A stretch of DNA of 64,000 nt, taken from positions 71,424,001 to 71,488,000 of the forward strand of contig OX597825.1 of NCBI GenBank assembly GCA_951406725.2. The letters are read 5' to 3'. Each line of letters starts with the position of its first letter. Within the stretch, counting starts at the first letter, position 1. Shown piece by piece: positions 1 to 12,395 of this stretch. This DNA comes from Octopus vulgaris. Lineage: Eukaryota. The notes below the pieces were generated by a model. The model had not been told where the DNA came from. It made no database searches and saw nothing but the letters and a program-made list of their open reading frames with translations. A program made the translations under genes and the position numbers.

Positions 1-365
1 CTTCATCAGTTGTTTCTGCTTCTCAACCAGTTTATAACAGATGAATGCATGTATACGCTTGTTTATTTGCATTACATCTGTTTTTTCCATGCTAGTGTGT
101 ATGTGTGTGTGTGTGTGTATGTGTGTGCAAGTGCGTGCATATGCGTACATGTGGTTTGATATGTTTGTATTTACACATACACACACACACACACACATAT
201 CATTTAGATCACCTGTGAATTAAACCCCCAAATTTTGTATGTGTGTATGTATATATATATACCGGAGGAAGCACATAAATGTGAAACAAGGTGGACATAA
301 GAGTACCCAAATACCTGTGGTAGAGTAATATGCTTTATTTAAAGCAGCAGAAAATTCAACAAAAC

Positions 366-403
366 CTGTTACTCTGAGTTTCCCGTTGCCGTTCATCGGA
401 CAG
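366..403 (-). ncRNA. Minimal type-I hammerhead-like motif (variant core CCGAUGA)
   Basis: Minus strand CTGT-CCGATGA-ACG-GCAA-CGG-GAA-ACTC-A-GAGT-A-ACAG. Stems I, II (GNRA loop) and III can all form; GUA triplet. Confidence 0.55.
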
Positions 404-685
404 TAACTCATAGTAACAGGTTTTGTTGAATTTTCTGCTGCTTTAAATAAAGTATATATATATATACATATATATAAGTTCAGCAAAAATTTAGATTCAA
501 ATAAATATGGTACTTAATTTAGATGTACCAGAATTTTGTATGGTGTTATCCATAGAAATCCGTGGGGTGATTATAATCAAAATAAGCAACAAGAATGACT
601 CTGGTAATTTGGTATGATCGTTTCGTACTACATCATTTTATTAAATGTTGTAAGTATTACAACAGATTTAAAATGACAATTACTC

Positions 686-759
<74 letters not shown>

Positions 760-814
760 ATATGAATGTATTAATTTCCAGTCAAATAAAGCACAGTAAA
801 GGTAGAAGTATAAA

Positions 815-941
815 TATAGAATAGTGGTACAACAAGGCACCGATGTTTACTGGAAATAGCAGTCAATAATTTTACAACGCTATAGTAAATTACCACCTGC
901 TATTTCCAGCAAACATTGGTGCCTAGTACAACTATTCTATA
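815..941. repeat. Short fold-back element in (TA)n
   Basis: tatagaatagt..ggcaccgatgtttactggaaatagcag / ctgctatttccagcaaacattggtgcc..actattctata. Confidence 0.75.
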
Positions 942-1369
942 TATATATATATATCATCCCCCACCTACACAGATGATGTATTTTCAGCTGCTTTGTAACA
1001 GAAGACAGTAAGACACACAGAGAAATAGGGAGTAAGAAGAGAGAGCATCCCACATAATCTACTCTACTCTTTCTAAAATAAGCTGTATGAATTCAGTACT
1101 AAAAAGTTTGTAAAACAATCCCTCCAAGTTCAGTGAAACAAGCAGGAATTAGAATTAAAATATTCACAAACTGATTATAGGAGCACAGCACTGTGTGGAT
1201 GAACAATCGAAAGAACATATGAAATTTAAGTAACTGGTGGTAATCAAAACCACATCTCATAGGATAGCTTATTTTAGTACATAGTATTCAATGTTGTAGA
1301 TTATGATGTGGTGTATACTATGTTCTAGTTTAAGATACGCTTGTTGAATGCTCTACTTTAAGACACTCT

Positions 1370-1791
1370 TTTTACTATTTACTCTTTTACTTGTTTCAGT
1401 CATTTGACTGTGGCCATGCTGGAGCACCACCTTTCGTCGAGCAAATCGACCCCAGGTCTTATTCTTTGTAAGCCTAGTACTTATTCTATCAGTTTGTTTT
1501 GCCGAACCACTAAGTTACGGGGACGTAAACACACCAGCATCAGTTATCAAGCGATGTTGGGGGGACAAACACACACACACAAACATATGCACGCACACAC
1601 ACACACATATGTATATATACATATATATGACGGGCTTCTTTCAGTTTCCGTCTACCAAATCCACTCACAAGGCTTTGGTTGACCCGAGGCTATAGTAGAA
1701 GACACTTGCCTAAGGTGCCACGCAGTGGGACTGAACCCGTAACCATGTGGTTCGTAAGCAAGCTATTTACCACACAGCCACTCCTACGCCT
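1370..1791 (-). mobile_element. SINE family A (tRNA-like head, internal (TA)n/(TG)n, (AAAAGAGT)n tail)
   Basis: Reverse complement of GGCGTAGGAGTGGCTGTGTGGTAA...GGTTCAGTCCC; multicopy in the window. Confidence 0.85.
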
Positions 1792-1946
1792 AAGATATGC
1801 ATTTTACTTTGTAGTTTGAGATGTGATGAGGTATTATAAGATATGACATGGTCTATGTTCTAGTTTAAGATGGGTTTTGTGTTATGTGCTGCAGTCTCTG
1901 ATGTATTCTGTGCTCTAGTTTAATATATGTTGTGTTCTATTTAGTT

Positions 1947-2288
1947 GAAGGCACGTGGCTTAGTAGTTAGAGCGTCAAGCTTACGATCGTGAGGTTGTGA
2001 GCTCGAATCCTGGACCGGGGTGCGTGTTGTGTTCTTGAGCAAGACAGTTTATTTCATGTTGCTCCAGTTCACTCAGCTGTAGAAATGAGTTGCGACATCA
2101 CAGGTGCCAATCTGTATCGGCCCTTGCCTTTCCCTTGGACAACATCGGTGACGTGGAGAGGGGAGGCCAGTATGCATGGGCGACTGCTGGTCTTCCATAA
2201 AACAACTTTGCCCAGACTTGTGCCTCAGAGGGTAACTCTCTAGGTGCAAACCCATGGTCAGTGTCTGACCGAAGGGGGTCACCTCACC
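1947..2288 (+). mobile_element. Full-length tRNA-derived SINE, family C (other copies 37503-37825 +, 21215-21350 - partial)
   Basis: A box TGGCTTAGTAG, B-box-like GCTCGAATCC, 11-bp TSD TCTATTTAGTT (1936-1946, 2289-2299). Confidence 0.85.
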
Positions 2289-3616
2289 TCTATTTAGTTT
2301 AATACATGTCATAATCTATGTCATAGTTTAAGAGGTAATTTGTTCTATGTCAATCCTAGATATATCTTAGAAAAAAAAACAGCCAATAATTCATAAGAAT
2401 AACACCAGAAACTAAACAAAAGAAAAGAAAAAAAAGAAAAAGAAAGTAATTTTAATCTGTAAAAAAAAGAGATTTTTTAAAAATTGCAACTAGTAACAAA
2501 AATTTATAAAATGATTTAGTAAACAGAAGATAAAAAAGAACCAGGGGTGGCACTAAACACTAGGTGAACTAAGTGACCGCCCTAGGCAAGAAAATCTTGC
2601 AGTGCCATGCAAACTCTGTACAATTTACACCATATTCCTTAGCCCTTTCGATACCAACACTTCTGAGACAATCTCCAGGTCTATGATACAAACTCTTTGT
2701 TTTAAAATGATTTAGATTAAATATTCCATTGAAATTTCAAGTTAATTTATGTTTCAAACATCATGATAAAGTTATTTTACTAAATTCTCCATTATTTTGA
2801 AAATTAATTGAAACAATGACAGTGTATTTCAACAGAGCTAAAAAAAAAAAAAGCACAAACAAATAACCTTAAAAACTTAGAAATAAAGACAGGAGGTGAG
2901 ATCATTCCAGGATCAAATGAGGGCAGAGTACAGGAGCGAGTAGGAGAGGTAGATGGGAGGGTCATGTGAAGTAATGAGCTGTCACATGATTTGGCTTGGG
3001 GCAGTTCAAATTTCAAAATTCAGATAACAAATTTATTAAGTGATACACATGATAATAAAGCTATGGATTCCTTGTTTGCATGTTAAATATAATCATTGGG
3101 GTGCATTTTTTAGCTCATATAAAAGAGGGTGGTAGCTGGAGGAAGTTGTAGAAACATTAGAGAAGAGGGGTCACATTCCAATACTAAGAATGGAGGGTAC
3201 ATATCGTAGGGCTAGAGGAAGGGTGCACACATTGTAGAGTTGAAATAAGGAGACATATACTGTAGGGCTGGCTCAAGATGCTGTATGCCCTAGTGTTGGC
3301 CCTGAAAGGAGCTTTGGGCAAAGTATATTGATGTACTGCAAGGTGAAGAATAACTTTGCCCTTTTTTTGGCAAGGTGCTTTGTGGGAAGCTCTCTGACAG
3401 TATATCAAAGGAATTTACTGAACTTTTTTTTTCATTATTACATTTAGAATTTTACATTTTGTTCAGCCCTAATTAAGAAAAAAAAAGAAAAAGAAAGGGA
3501 AAAAGGATTTCTTATGCAAAATTATGACGGAAAGATTTAGATTTAAATCGGAACCTTTAACATAGGTTAGTATCAAAATTTTTAAGACATATTAGTAGTA
3601 ATAATAAGAATAATAA

Positions 3617-4064
3617 TCCCTTCTACTAACAGTACAAGGTCTGAAATTTTGGTGGAGGGGACTAGTCAATTACATTCACTTCAGTGTTTCACTGGTACTT
3701 CATTTATCAGCCCTGAAAGGATGAAAGGCAAAGTTAGCCTCAGTAGAATTTGAGCTCAGAACATAGCAATGCGCAAAATACCTATTTCTTTATTACCCAC
3801 AAGGGGCTAAACATAGAGGGGACAAACAAGGACAGACATAGGTATTAAGTCGATTACATCAACCCCAGTGCATAACTGGTACATAATTTATCGACCCCGA
3901 AAGGATGAAAGGTAAAGTCGACCTCGGCGGAATTTGAACTCACAACATAACGGCAGACGAAATACCACTAAGCATTTCGCCCGACATGTTAACGGTTCTG
4001 CCAGCTCGCCGCCTTCATTAAGCATTTTGTCCAGCATGCTAACGATTCTGCCAGTTTGCCACCT
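3617..4064 (-). mobile_element. Nested SINE family B copies (young copy 3783-4015 inside an older copy)
   Basis: Minus-strand head AAGGCGGCGAGCTGGCAGAA...GAGTTCAAATTCC; the older copy's head resumes at ~4016. Confidence 0.8.
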
Positions 4065-4331
4065 TAATAATGATGATGATGATGATGATGATAATAATAA
4101 TAATCCCTTCTACTAAAGGTACAGGGCCTGGAATTTTTGGGGAGGAGACTAGGCAATTACAACGCCCCCAGTGTTTCACTGGTACTTAATTTATTGACCC
4201 TGAAAGGATGAAAGGCAAAGTTGACCTTGGTGGAATTTTGAACTCAGAACGTAGCAACAGGCGAAATACCTCTAAGCATTTCCTCCAGCGTGGTAATGAT
4301 TCTGCTAGCTCACCACCTTAAAAATGATGAC

Positions 4332-4363
<32 letters not shown>

Positions 4364-4377
4364 TGATGATAATAATG

Positions 4378-4428
<51 letters not shown>

Positions 4429-5490
4429 TCTCAGCAAAAGAATTTGACAAGCTCAGAAAATATAAAGATTTGCTCATAGAAATTGAGAAAATGTAGCATC
4501 TCAAGGTGATTACAATAGCAGTGACTGTAGAAGCACTTGGAATGATAAAAAAAAAATGGAACAGAAAATTATGTGAGAAAATCCTTGGCTAACCATCCTT
4601 GTAAGAAGTGCAAAAGATTGTTTTAACTGGTATGTCACATGTATTGAGAAGAAGCATTGTCACTGTGAGAATGACTACCATCCATGAAAGTAATTTTTTT
4701 TTTTACATAACTTCATTTGATTTTGTAAATGAACAACCTGGTGCATTTACTTTAATGGCCTTTCAATATATACAGTAAGTTTCTTTGCCCTAGGTGTCAT
4801 GAAGACACTTGACAAGAAATGGAAACAAAACTGAAAGAAAAAATCATAAAAATAATAATAAAATATCATGTAAAGGGCATTGACTGAAAACTGTACTGAA
4901 AGGTTAATTTTTTTTTATTATCTCTTAGTATGGTGATATAACCTTACTTTTACATCTGAAGTGATTCCAAACCACAGAACATCCTACTTTTCTCCCACAA
5001 TTTCAATAAATTATCTTTGATAATCAATTTATGAAACAAAAAAGCTGGTTTTTAATTCTAAAATTACAAAAAAAAAAAAAAATGTTTTTAAATCAAACCG
5101 TATACAAATATAAGATTAGGCAAAAAGAAATTATTAACGTGAGAGAAAAATAAATGTTCAATGAAGTAATTAATTAATAATACTAAAAATATTTCAACAG
5201 TATTTACATTAGCAATTTGAGAATTTTGAAGAAAAATGTAAAGAAAAGAAAATTCATTATAACAAATATAATTTTTTTTTGGTTGCTGAAACCACAATAA
5301 TTTCCAATATAGCAGCTGATGATTCTCTTATCCACAATCTCATCAATGTCAACCTCAAATTTGTCAGTGTCTGCCTTAATTTCAGTATTATCAATCTCAA
5401 TTTCAATATTGTCAACTACAATTTTATCATAGTCAACTTAAATTTATGCAATGTTATTACCCAGACTGTGGGATGCAACATTTCAGAGTA

Positions 5491-6003
5491 CCGTAAATCC
5501 TCGAGTATAATCCGCATATTTTCCCCAAAATTTAAAGGTCAAAACTCGTAGTGCATGCTATATACGAGGTTAAAAATTAAAAATATTTTCTAAGCGATGT
5601 TTGAGTCTCTATTTGCTGACCGGCAATGTTTATTCAGACGCATTTTGTGATGTCAGGTGTTGAAATACCTTAAGCTAAGCCTGAAAGCAATGAAGTCATA
5701 AAAGAATCATCCATAACTTGCAGTAAGCAACATTTATTAAACGTTATTACTGTTATTTCTTTATTTTTCTGCAAACAAAATGCACAAAAAAGCTACATGT
5801 TTGCATTATGTTATATATACAATAATAATAAAGGATGTTACCGTATACATTTTTACAAACCAAAGATGTTATATAGACCTCCTTGACTCAAGTTAGAGAA
5901 GGGGTGCATATTATACACAAGGTTTAGGTTTTCAGAGGTACAGCCCCCTAAAAATCCCCTGCGTTATTATACTCAAGGGCAGACTATACTCGAGGATTTA
6001 TGG
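5491..6003. mobile_element. Non-autonomous Tc1/mariner-superfamily (pogo/Tc2-like) MITE
   Basis: TIRs ccgtaaatcctcgagtata / tatactcgaggatttatgg, each flanked by TA. Confidence 0.8.
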
Positions 6004-7044
6004 TAGTTGTCTCCTCTTCGTTCACAGACACTGGGTAGATGGCACTGCGAACTGATGAAAGTGAATGATTCCCTTATGCTATTTAGTCATGTAGGATGTA
6101 ACCATATTTCATTTTTCGTGAACAGATATGGACACCAGAAATTACTCGTAGCAGAATTGTAACAGTTTTGTAAAGGATTTTCGTACCTTACTCTACATTA
6201 ATATATTGATCAATATTGGGCTGACTTTGATTACTAAATATGACTGAGCTGGATTTTTTTAAAGACAATATTTTAAAAAATGGGAATAATAAATGAAAGG
6301 AGAAGCTTATGTCATTTATTATGTAGTTTTTATAATGTAGTAATGTATGTACATTTATGTTAATGTATGCATATTTATGTTAATGTATGTGTATTTATGT
6401 TAATGTAACAATTTTTATTATACGAAAAGTGTAATCATTTACGAAATATTTTTAATGTTTGCATTTTTACACAATTCTGCGACAAGTAATAACAGATGTT
6501 AATGTCTGTCTGCAAAAAAAAAAATGCATACCACTCCACATAGATAATGTTTAAGTTGGTGATAACGAAATGAATGTTGATGATGATGAAATTGAAATGA
6601 TCAACAATTGAAATGAATAACAAAATTGAGGTTGAAATGATGAACTTCAGGTTGATGCTGATGATGAATTTGAGGTTGATGTTGGTGGAGTTGAGGCTGA
6701 TAATATTCAATTTAAGGGCAAAAATCCAGGTCTTGATTGTTATTAGTGTTGGTTCATAAAAAATTTATCAGGCGAGGTATTAATTAACCAGTAAATTCAT
6801 TACAATGGATTTCTATCACACATTTGTGTGTGTTTGTGTGTGTGTGAATGTTTATGTTTATGTTTATGTTTTCCAGTTTCAGCTCTTGAGCCGTGGCCAT
6901 GCTGGGGCACCGCCATTAGAAATATGTGTACATATAATTTTAGTTTTAAGCTGCAAAAATGTGTGGACTTAATACTACAATGCAGGTGTGATGCATTTGC
7001 AAAATGTGTTTAAAAATATAAACAAAATAATCTCCATTTGTACA

Positions 7045-7068
7045 TTTATATACATACATGTACATGTA

Positions 7069-7104
<36 letters not shown>

Positions 7105-7170
7105 TACACACACACAAGTTGATATATATCATCATCATAATTTTAAACACTACTCTAAAATGATGGTGAT

Positions 7171-7218
<48 letters not shown>

Positions 7219-7545
7219 TATATATGTATGTATGTATGTATATATATACATAATGTATATATGTATGCATATAATTGCATCCAGATCAAATTTCCATAGA
7301 AGCATATGAAAAGAAAATACTAACCAGAAAACCTTCAAATAATGAGAAAACAGAAAAAAAAATCCCGATGAGTTCCAAATACCACATTCGTACTTATATG
7401 TACACCAAAGTGTATGTGTGTGTATATATACATATACATATATATATGTATATACTTATATATATGTACATACACGCACACACATACACATATATATATA
7501 TGCATATATGTACATATATAAAGATATACATACACATATACATAC

Positions 7546-7586
<41 letters not shown>

Positions 7587-8204
7587 TATATAATTATGTT
7601 CCATTTCCATATATTGAAAATAAAAAAAAAATCATTAGTCTTTTTAAAGTCAGTTGATATAAAGCTCACATGTTAAACCAATGTGTTGTAAGAATAGACA
7701 ATATGAGAGATTAGTGGACTGGTTTTTACTAGTACACTAAATCATTTGCAGAAATACCATGTGAGAAAAAGAATTGTTTTTTTTTTCAAAAATATTAACC
7801 TTATCTTTTCTGTGTATTTTTTTTTTTTTACCCTGGGCTTTTTTTAATATTTTATATTTCCTTTGGTTTCAAAACTGCAGTTTACTAAACTGTCGTCAAT
7901 TGGCAGGTTCAGGCTTTAGCATTTGTTACTGTGGACGAGCATGTGATGAGGTTGAACTGTCAAACATTTATATATTTCATAAATGGTTCACTGCAGTTAT
8001 TTCCAACATCATGCAGAAGTATTTGTACTAATACTGATACAAGGAGTGCAAGTAGTTCAGTCTTAGATCCCACTATTCAAAATCATACATAAGTGTGTAT
8101 GTGTGTGTGCGTGTATGTGTGTATGTACATATGTATATATACAGACATCTCAAAAATAGATAGAGGCACAGACACCCCTCATTTTATATACATGTATATA
8201 CATG

Positions 8205-8262
<58 letters not shown>

Positions 8263-9083
8263 TATATAAATATATACATACATACCTATATATATATTAT
8301 ATGCGTATATATATATATATATATACATATATATATAAATATATATATACATACCTATATATATATATATATATATATACATACACACACACATATATAT
8401 ATCTATATATATGAAAGGATCAAAAGTCCTTCCGGTGTCATAGGCTCATAAGGCTGGTGTCTTGGGGTCCATGGTATATATATTCATTCCCTGGGTGAGG
8501 CACTATTCCATGGCAGGATTACTCATTTTTGCCAGTTGAGTTGACAGGAACAACATGAAATGCAGTGTTTTGCTCAAGAACACATGTCACCCAGTCCAGA
8601 AATCTTACAATCGTGAGTGCAACACACTAACTTCTAAACCACGCACCTCCATATACACATATATAAATTATAAATATATATATGTAGATATATATATATA
8701 TAAATGTGGGAGTCTACCTTTGAGATGTGTGTGTATATATATATATAATTTCTTTGAGTAATATATATATATATATATATTACTCAAAGAAATTCCAACT
8801 TTGATTTTCACTATGCAATCTACAGGTTCCTGTAGTAATGGCGACAGTTATGTTTTACAATTTACAACAACAAAACATAACTGCCCCCCCACTACAACAA
8901 GAACCTGAAGATTGCATAGTTTAATGCATGAAAGTACTAGTTTAATCAAAATGGACATTTGATATTCTTTCATTTCATTATATCATATTATTTTATATTA
9001 TGTTATCATAAGATTGTAAATAAAATGTGAAAATCAGGCAAAGTTGGAATTTCTTTGAGTAATATATTCTTCTATGCATACAG

Positions 9084-9173
<90 letters not shown>

Positions 9174-9265
9174 GTATATATGTGTGTGTGTGTATATATA
9201 TATATACATATATGTATGTATATGTGTGTATACATACATATATATATACACACACACATATATAC

Positions 9266-9352
<87 letters not shown>
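7045..9352. repeat. Cluster of (TA)n/(CA)n microsatellites, probably in or near the host gene 3' UTR
   Basis: Tracts at ~7045-7270, 7410-7590, 8185-8410 and 9085-9352. Confidence 0.9.
8901..8943 (+). ncRNA. Minimal type-I hammerhead ribozyme motif with intact core
   Basis: gaac-CTGAAGA-t-TGCAT-agttta-ATGCA-t-GAA-AGTACT-A-gttt. Core CUGANGA/GAAA, 5-bp stem II, palindromic stem III AGUACU, CUA triplet, stem I gaac/gttt. Confidence 0.65.
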
Positions 9353-9354
<2 letters not shown>

Positions 9355-9590
9355 AGATTAAGCCATTTGAAAATTTGTATTTCACAAAAAAAAAATGTCC
9401 TACCCGCTTAGCCACCATCATTACCACAGAACCACAGAAATGTTGAGGTTAATAAACCTGAAAAAAAAATATTCTTTCCTCTTCCATTTGTATTGATGAA
9501 AACTCATGTGGAAAATTTAGGCGAATCTTTTGCAGGAACTTTTAACGAGGTCCTTAACAGTTAATGACTGATCTCTATGAATGAAATTGT

Positions 9591-9637
9591 TCATTGATAA
9601 TTATCATCTTCTTCTTCTTCATTGTATAATTGGTTAT
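9591..9637 (-). CDS. Coding part of the probable terminal exon, (D)NQLYNEEEEDDNYQ*
   Basis: Acceptor ttttctttcatttcAG| at 9639-9638. Phase-1 continuation from the 46-nt exon gives an acidic tail ending in TGA at 9593-9591. It is followed by AT-rich, SINE-poor sequence consistent with a 3' UTR. Confidence 0.65.
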
Positions 9638-10164
9638 CTGAAATGAAAGAAAATATTATTAATAAGTATACTGAATTACAATGTATGTAGTACATTTTTT
9701 GCAATACTAGTTCAGAATACTTAGTTATTCATTTGAAATTAGTGATCTATAACTGCATGTTTATTGTTTTATTATTTGTATGAAAACATTCAGGTAGTAA
9801 AGAAAAGAATTTCATTTATTTTTTAACCCTTTCATGACTATATTTCTAATGTGTATACCGATTGTGTTTCAAATAATTGTCTGTATTATCAATATTCTCA
9901 TAGGTGGTTTTAGTTAGTAAAATATCTGTAAGTTTGTAAATTGGTATATGTGTGACTGTGGAAAAAGCATGGCATCTCAATGAAATTAAATTGAAAAGTA
10001 CACAGAGCCATGGACACTTCATAAAACTTTCAATCCATGCACCTTCTTTTGGTACAGAGAAATCTCCACTGAAGAGGCCACATTACCAGACATGGTGATG
10101 ATAGACTCCTAAAGAAAGTCCTGCTCTCACAACTGGCAGGATGGATATATATATATATATATAG

Positions 10165-10203
<39 letters not shown>

Positions 10204-10414
10204 TACATACAGACAGACAGACAGACTGACAGACAGACAGATATGTATGTATATATAGCATCAACATCATCACATAACATCTGTATTCCATGCTGGCAAG
10301 GACTGGATGGTTTGACAGGATTTAACTGGTTAGAGAACTGAGTCACACTCTATTGTCTCTTTTGAGTCTAAACAAGACTCAAAAATACATACACATGGAT
10401 GGATATATATATAT

Positions 10415-10701
10415 AAATTCTATAATTATAAGCATAATTATAATTAGGGTTCAGCAAAAATTGCTTCACCACATACCGAATTTAGAAATAGCAGTTAAAT
10501 ACTATTCCTCTACCATAAGATATCTCCCAGACAGCAATACTCTTATTTTTTCTCTTTACCTACGTAAAATAAGAGTATTGCTGTCTGGGAGATATCTTAT
10601 GGTAGAGGAATAGTATTTAACTGCTATTTCTAAATTTTGGTATGTGGTGAAGCAAATTTTGCTGAACCCTAATTATAATTATGCTTATAATTATAGAATT
10701 T
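10415..10701. repeat. Fold-back element with near-perfect ~135-bp inverted arms plus a 100-bp tail
   Basis: aaattctataattataagc...aatactcttatttt / aaaataagagtatt...gcttataattatagaattt. Confidence 0.9.
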
Positions 10702-11004
10702 TTGTATAAGGTTACCGATAATGGTTCTTTTAACATACCGAACTACTTGGTAAAATTATTAATTATAAATTGACTAATTAATTTTACCCCTATATTATTA
10801 TTGATACACACACACACACATACACACATACATACATACATACAATGAACTTCTTTCAGTTTTGGTCCACGAAATCCACTCACAAGGCTTTGGTTGGCCT
10901 GAGGCTATAATAGAAGACACTCGCCCAAGGTGCCACGCAGTGTGACTGAACCTAGAACCATGTAGTTGGGAAGCAAGCCTCTTACCACAGTCTCGCTTGC
11001 ACCT

Positions 11005-11230
11005 AACATACTTGGCATTTGCAAACTGCATTGGACTGGTCAAAGTTATATATCTGATGGATTAGTTATCCTGTATTCTAGCATGGAGGACCAGCATAAA
11101 TATGGAGTAGGCATTATTTTGAACAAGGAGGTGTCTGTAGAATTGGTTGGCTGAAAGCCAATAAATGAAGTGGATTATAATAGCATGGTTTCAAACCAGA
11201 CACAGGGAAAATACTGTGGTTCAGATTATA
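11005..11230 (+). mobile_element. Old RTE-type AP-endonuclease fragment
   Basis: ILGICKLHWTG...ILYS...HKYGVGIILNK matches the APE motif layout (LG.SE..W.G, GVG). Confidence 0.6.
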
Positions 11231-11330
11231 TTCCATATGATAAATATGTGAACCTAATGTCAATCAGTGTAACCATACAACTGCACTGGTAGCAACACCA
11301 GTTGAAATAAGCATGAAATGTTTTTCTTAC

Positions 11331-11376
11331 CATTTGATTCTAATTTCTTGTTTTCCATATTCTTTGGAAGCTGGAC
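11331..11376 (-). CDS. Small coding exon (46 nt, phase 0/1), VQLPKNMENKKLESN, same host gene
   Basis: Minus strand reads tttcaaatacAG|GTCCAG...AAATG|GTAAGA, a strong donor. Its phases link the 321-nt exon to the terminal exon without a stop. Confidence 0.65.
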
Positions 11377-11789
11377 CTGTATTTGAAATAAATGAAATAT
11401 AGAATTATAGACACAAAGAACCTTCCAGATATTATGAACTTAGATATTGCAAAACATCTTATTTTTATCACTTATACACAAAACACAAAGGAATAATAAT
11501 AATGATAATAATGGTAGTTTCAGGAGGGGGTTAAGTCAATTTCATCAACCCCAGTACTCAACTGGTACTTATTTTATCGACCCCAGAAATGATAAAAGGC
11601 AATGTCAAACCTCAGTGGATTTTAAATTCAGAATGTAAAAACAGATAAAATGCCACTAAGCATTTTGCCCAACAAGCTACTGATTCCACCAGCTTGCCAC
11701 TTTAATAATGACAATAGCAACAATAACAATAATAATTCCTTCGATTATAGGCACAAAGCTGGAAATTTTGGTGTAGGGGTGCAAGTGCA

Positions 11790-12395
11790 AGTGAGACCAT
11801 AACCTTGTGGCCTATGCCAGGGGTGTAACCAGTCCGCTTATGCATACCTTTCCTTCATTGGACACTAAACTCCGCTTGTGAAGACCTGTTGAAGCAAGTG
11901 AAATCAAAATCGAAATCAAATTCGATGACTGGCATCCGTGCTGGTGGAGCACTAAGAGAACCATACGAGTGAGATTGGGGCCAGAGCAACAAGCTAACCT
12001 CCGAGCCGATGACACGTTAAAAACACCATTTGAACGTGATCGTTACCTGCTTCGCTTTACTAGCACTTGTGCTGGTGGCATGTGAAAAAACAACATTTGA
12101 GCGAGGTTGTAGCCACTGCCACTGGACTGGCTACTGTGCAGATGGCACATAAAAAGCCCCATTTGAGCGTGGCCATTGCCAGTACTGCCTGACTGGCCCT
12201 CGTGCCAGTGGCACGTAAAAGCACCCACTACACTCTTGGAGTGGTTGGCATTAAGAAGGGCATCCAGCTGTAGGAACTCTGCCACATCAGATTGGAGTCT
12301 GGTGCAGCCATCTGGTTCACCAGTCCTCAGTCAAATCATCCAGCCCATGCTAGCATGGAAAGCGGATGTTAAATGACTATAATGATGATGATGAT
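11790..12395 (+). mobile_element. RTE 3'-UTR fragment (other copies 15655-15910 -, 17012-17247 -, 26050-26368 +, 30680-31060 +, 37000-37220 +, 49333-49860 -, 57583-57890 -)
   Basis: Shared block gcacccactacactc..ggagtggttggc(g/a)ttag..ccatgctagcatggaaagcgga and a (gat)n tail. Confidence 0.8.

Noticed and set aside
610-640. Minus-strand ATGATGT..CGAAACGATCATA hammerhead-like remnant
   Set aside because: Core and stems are too degenerate to support.
1947-2020. tRNA-like sequences at SINE heads as tRNA genes
   Set aside because: They continue into SINE bodies with TSDs and do not form complete cloverleafs.
2542-3304. Possible old hAT element (CAGGG...CCCTG ends)
   Set aside because: Short TIR and only a 6/8 TSD match; insufficient evidence.
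7046-9446. Many overlapping [14 protein letters not shown] ORFs
   Set aside because: Translations of (TA)n/(CA)n microsatellites that lack stops by chance.
10066-10100. CTGAAGAGGCC hammerhead-like start
   Set aside because: No matching stem II partner or GAAA downstream.
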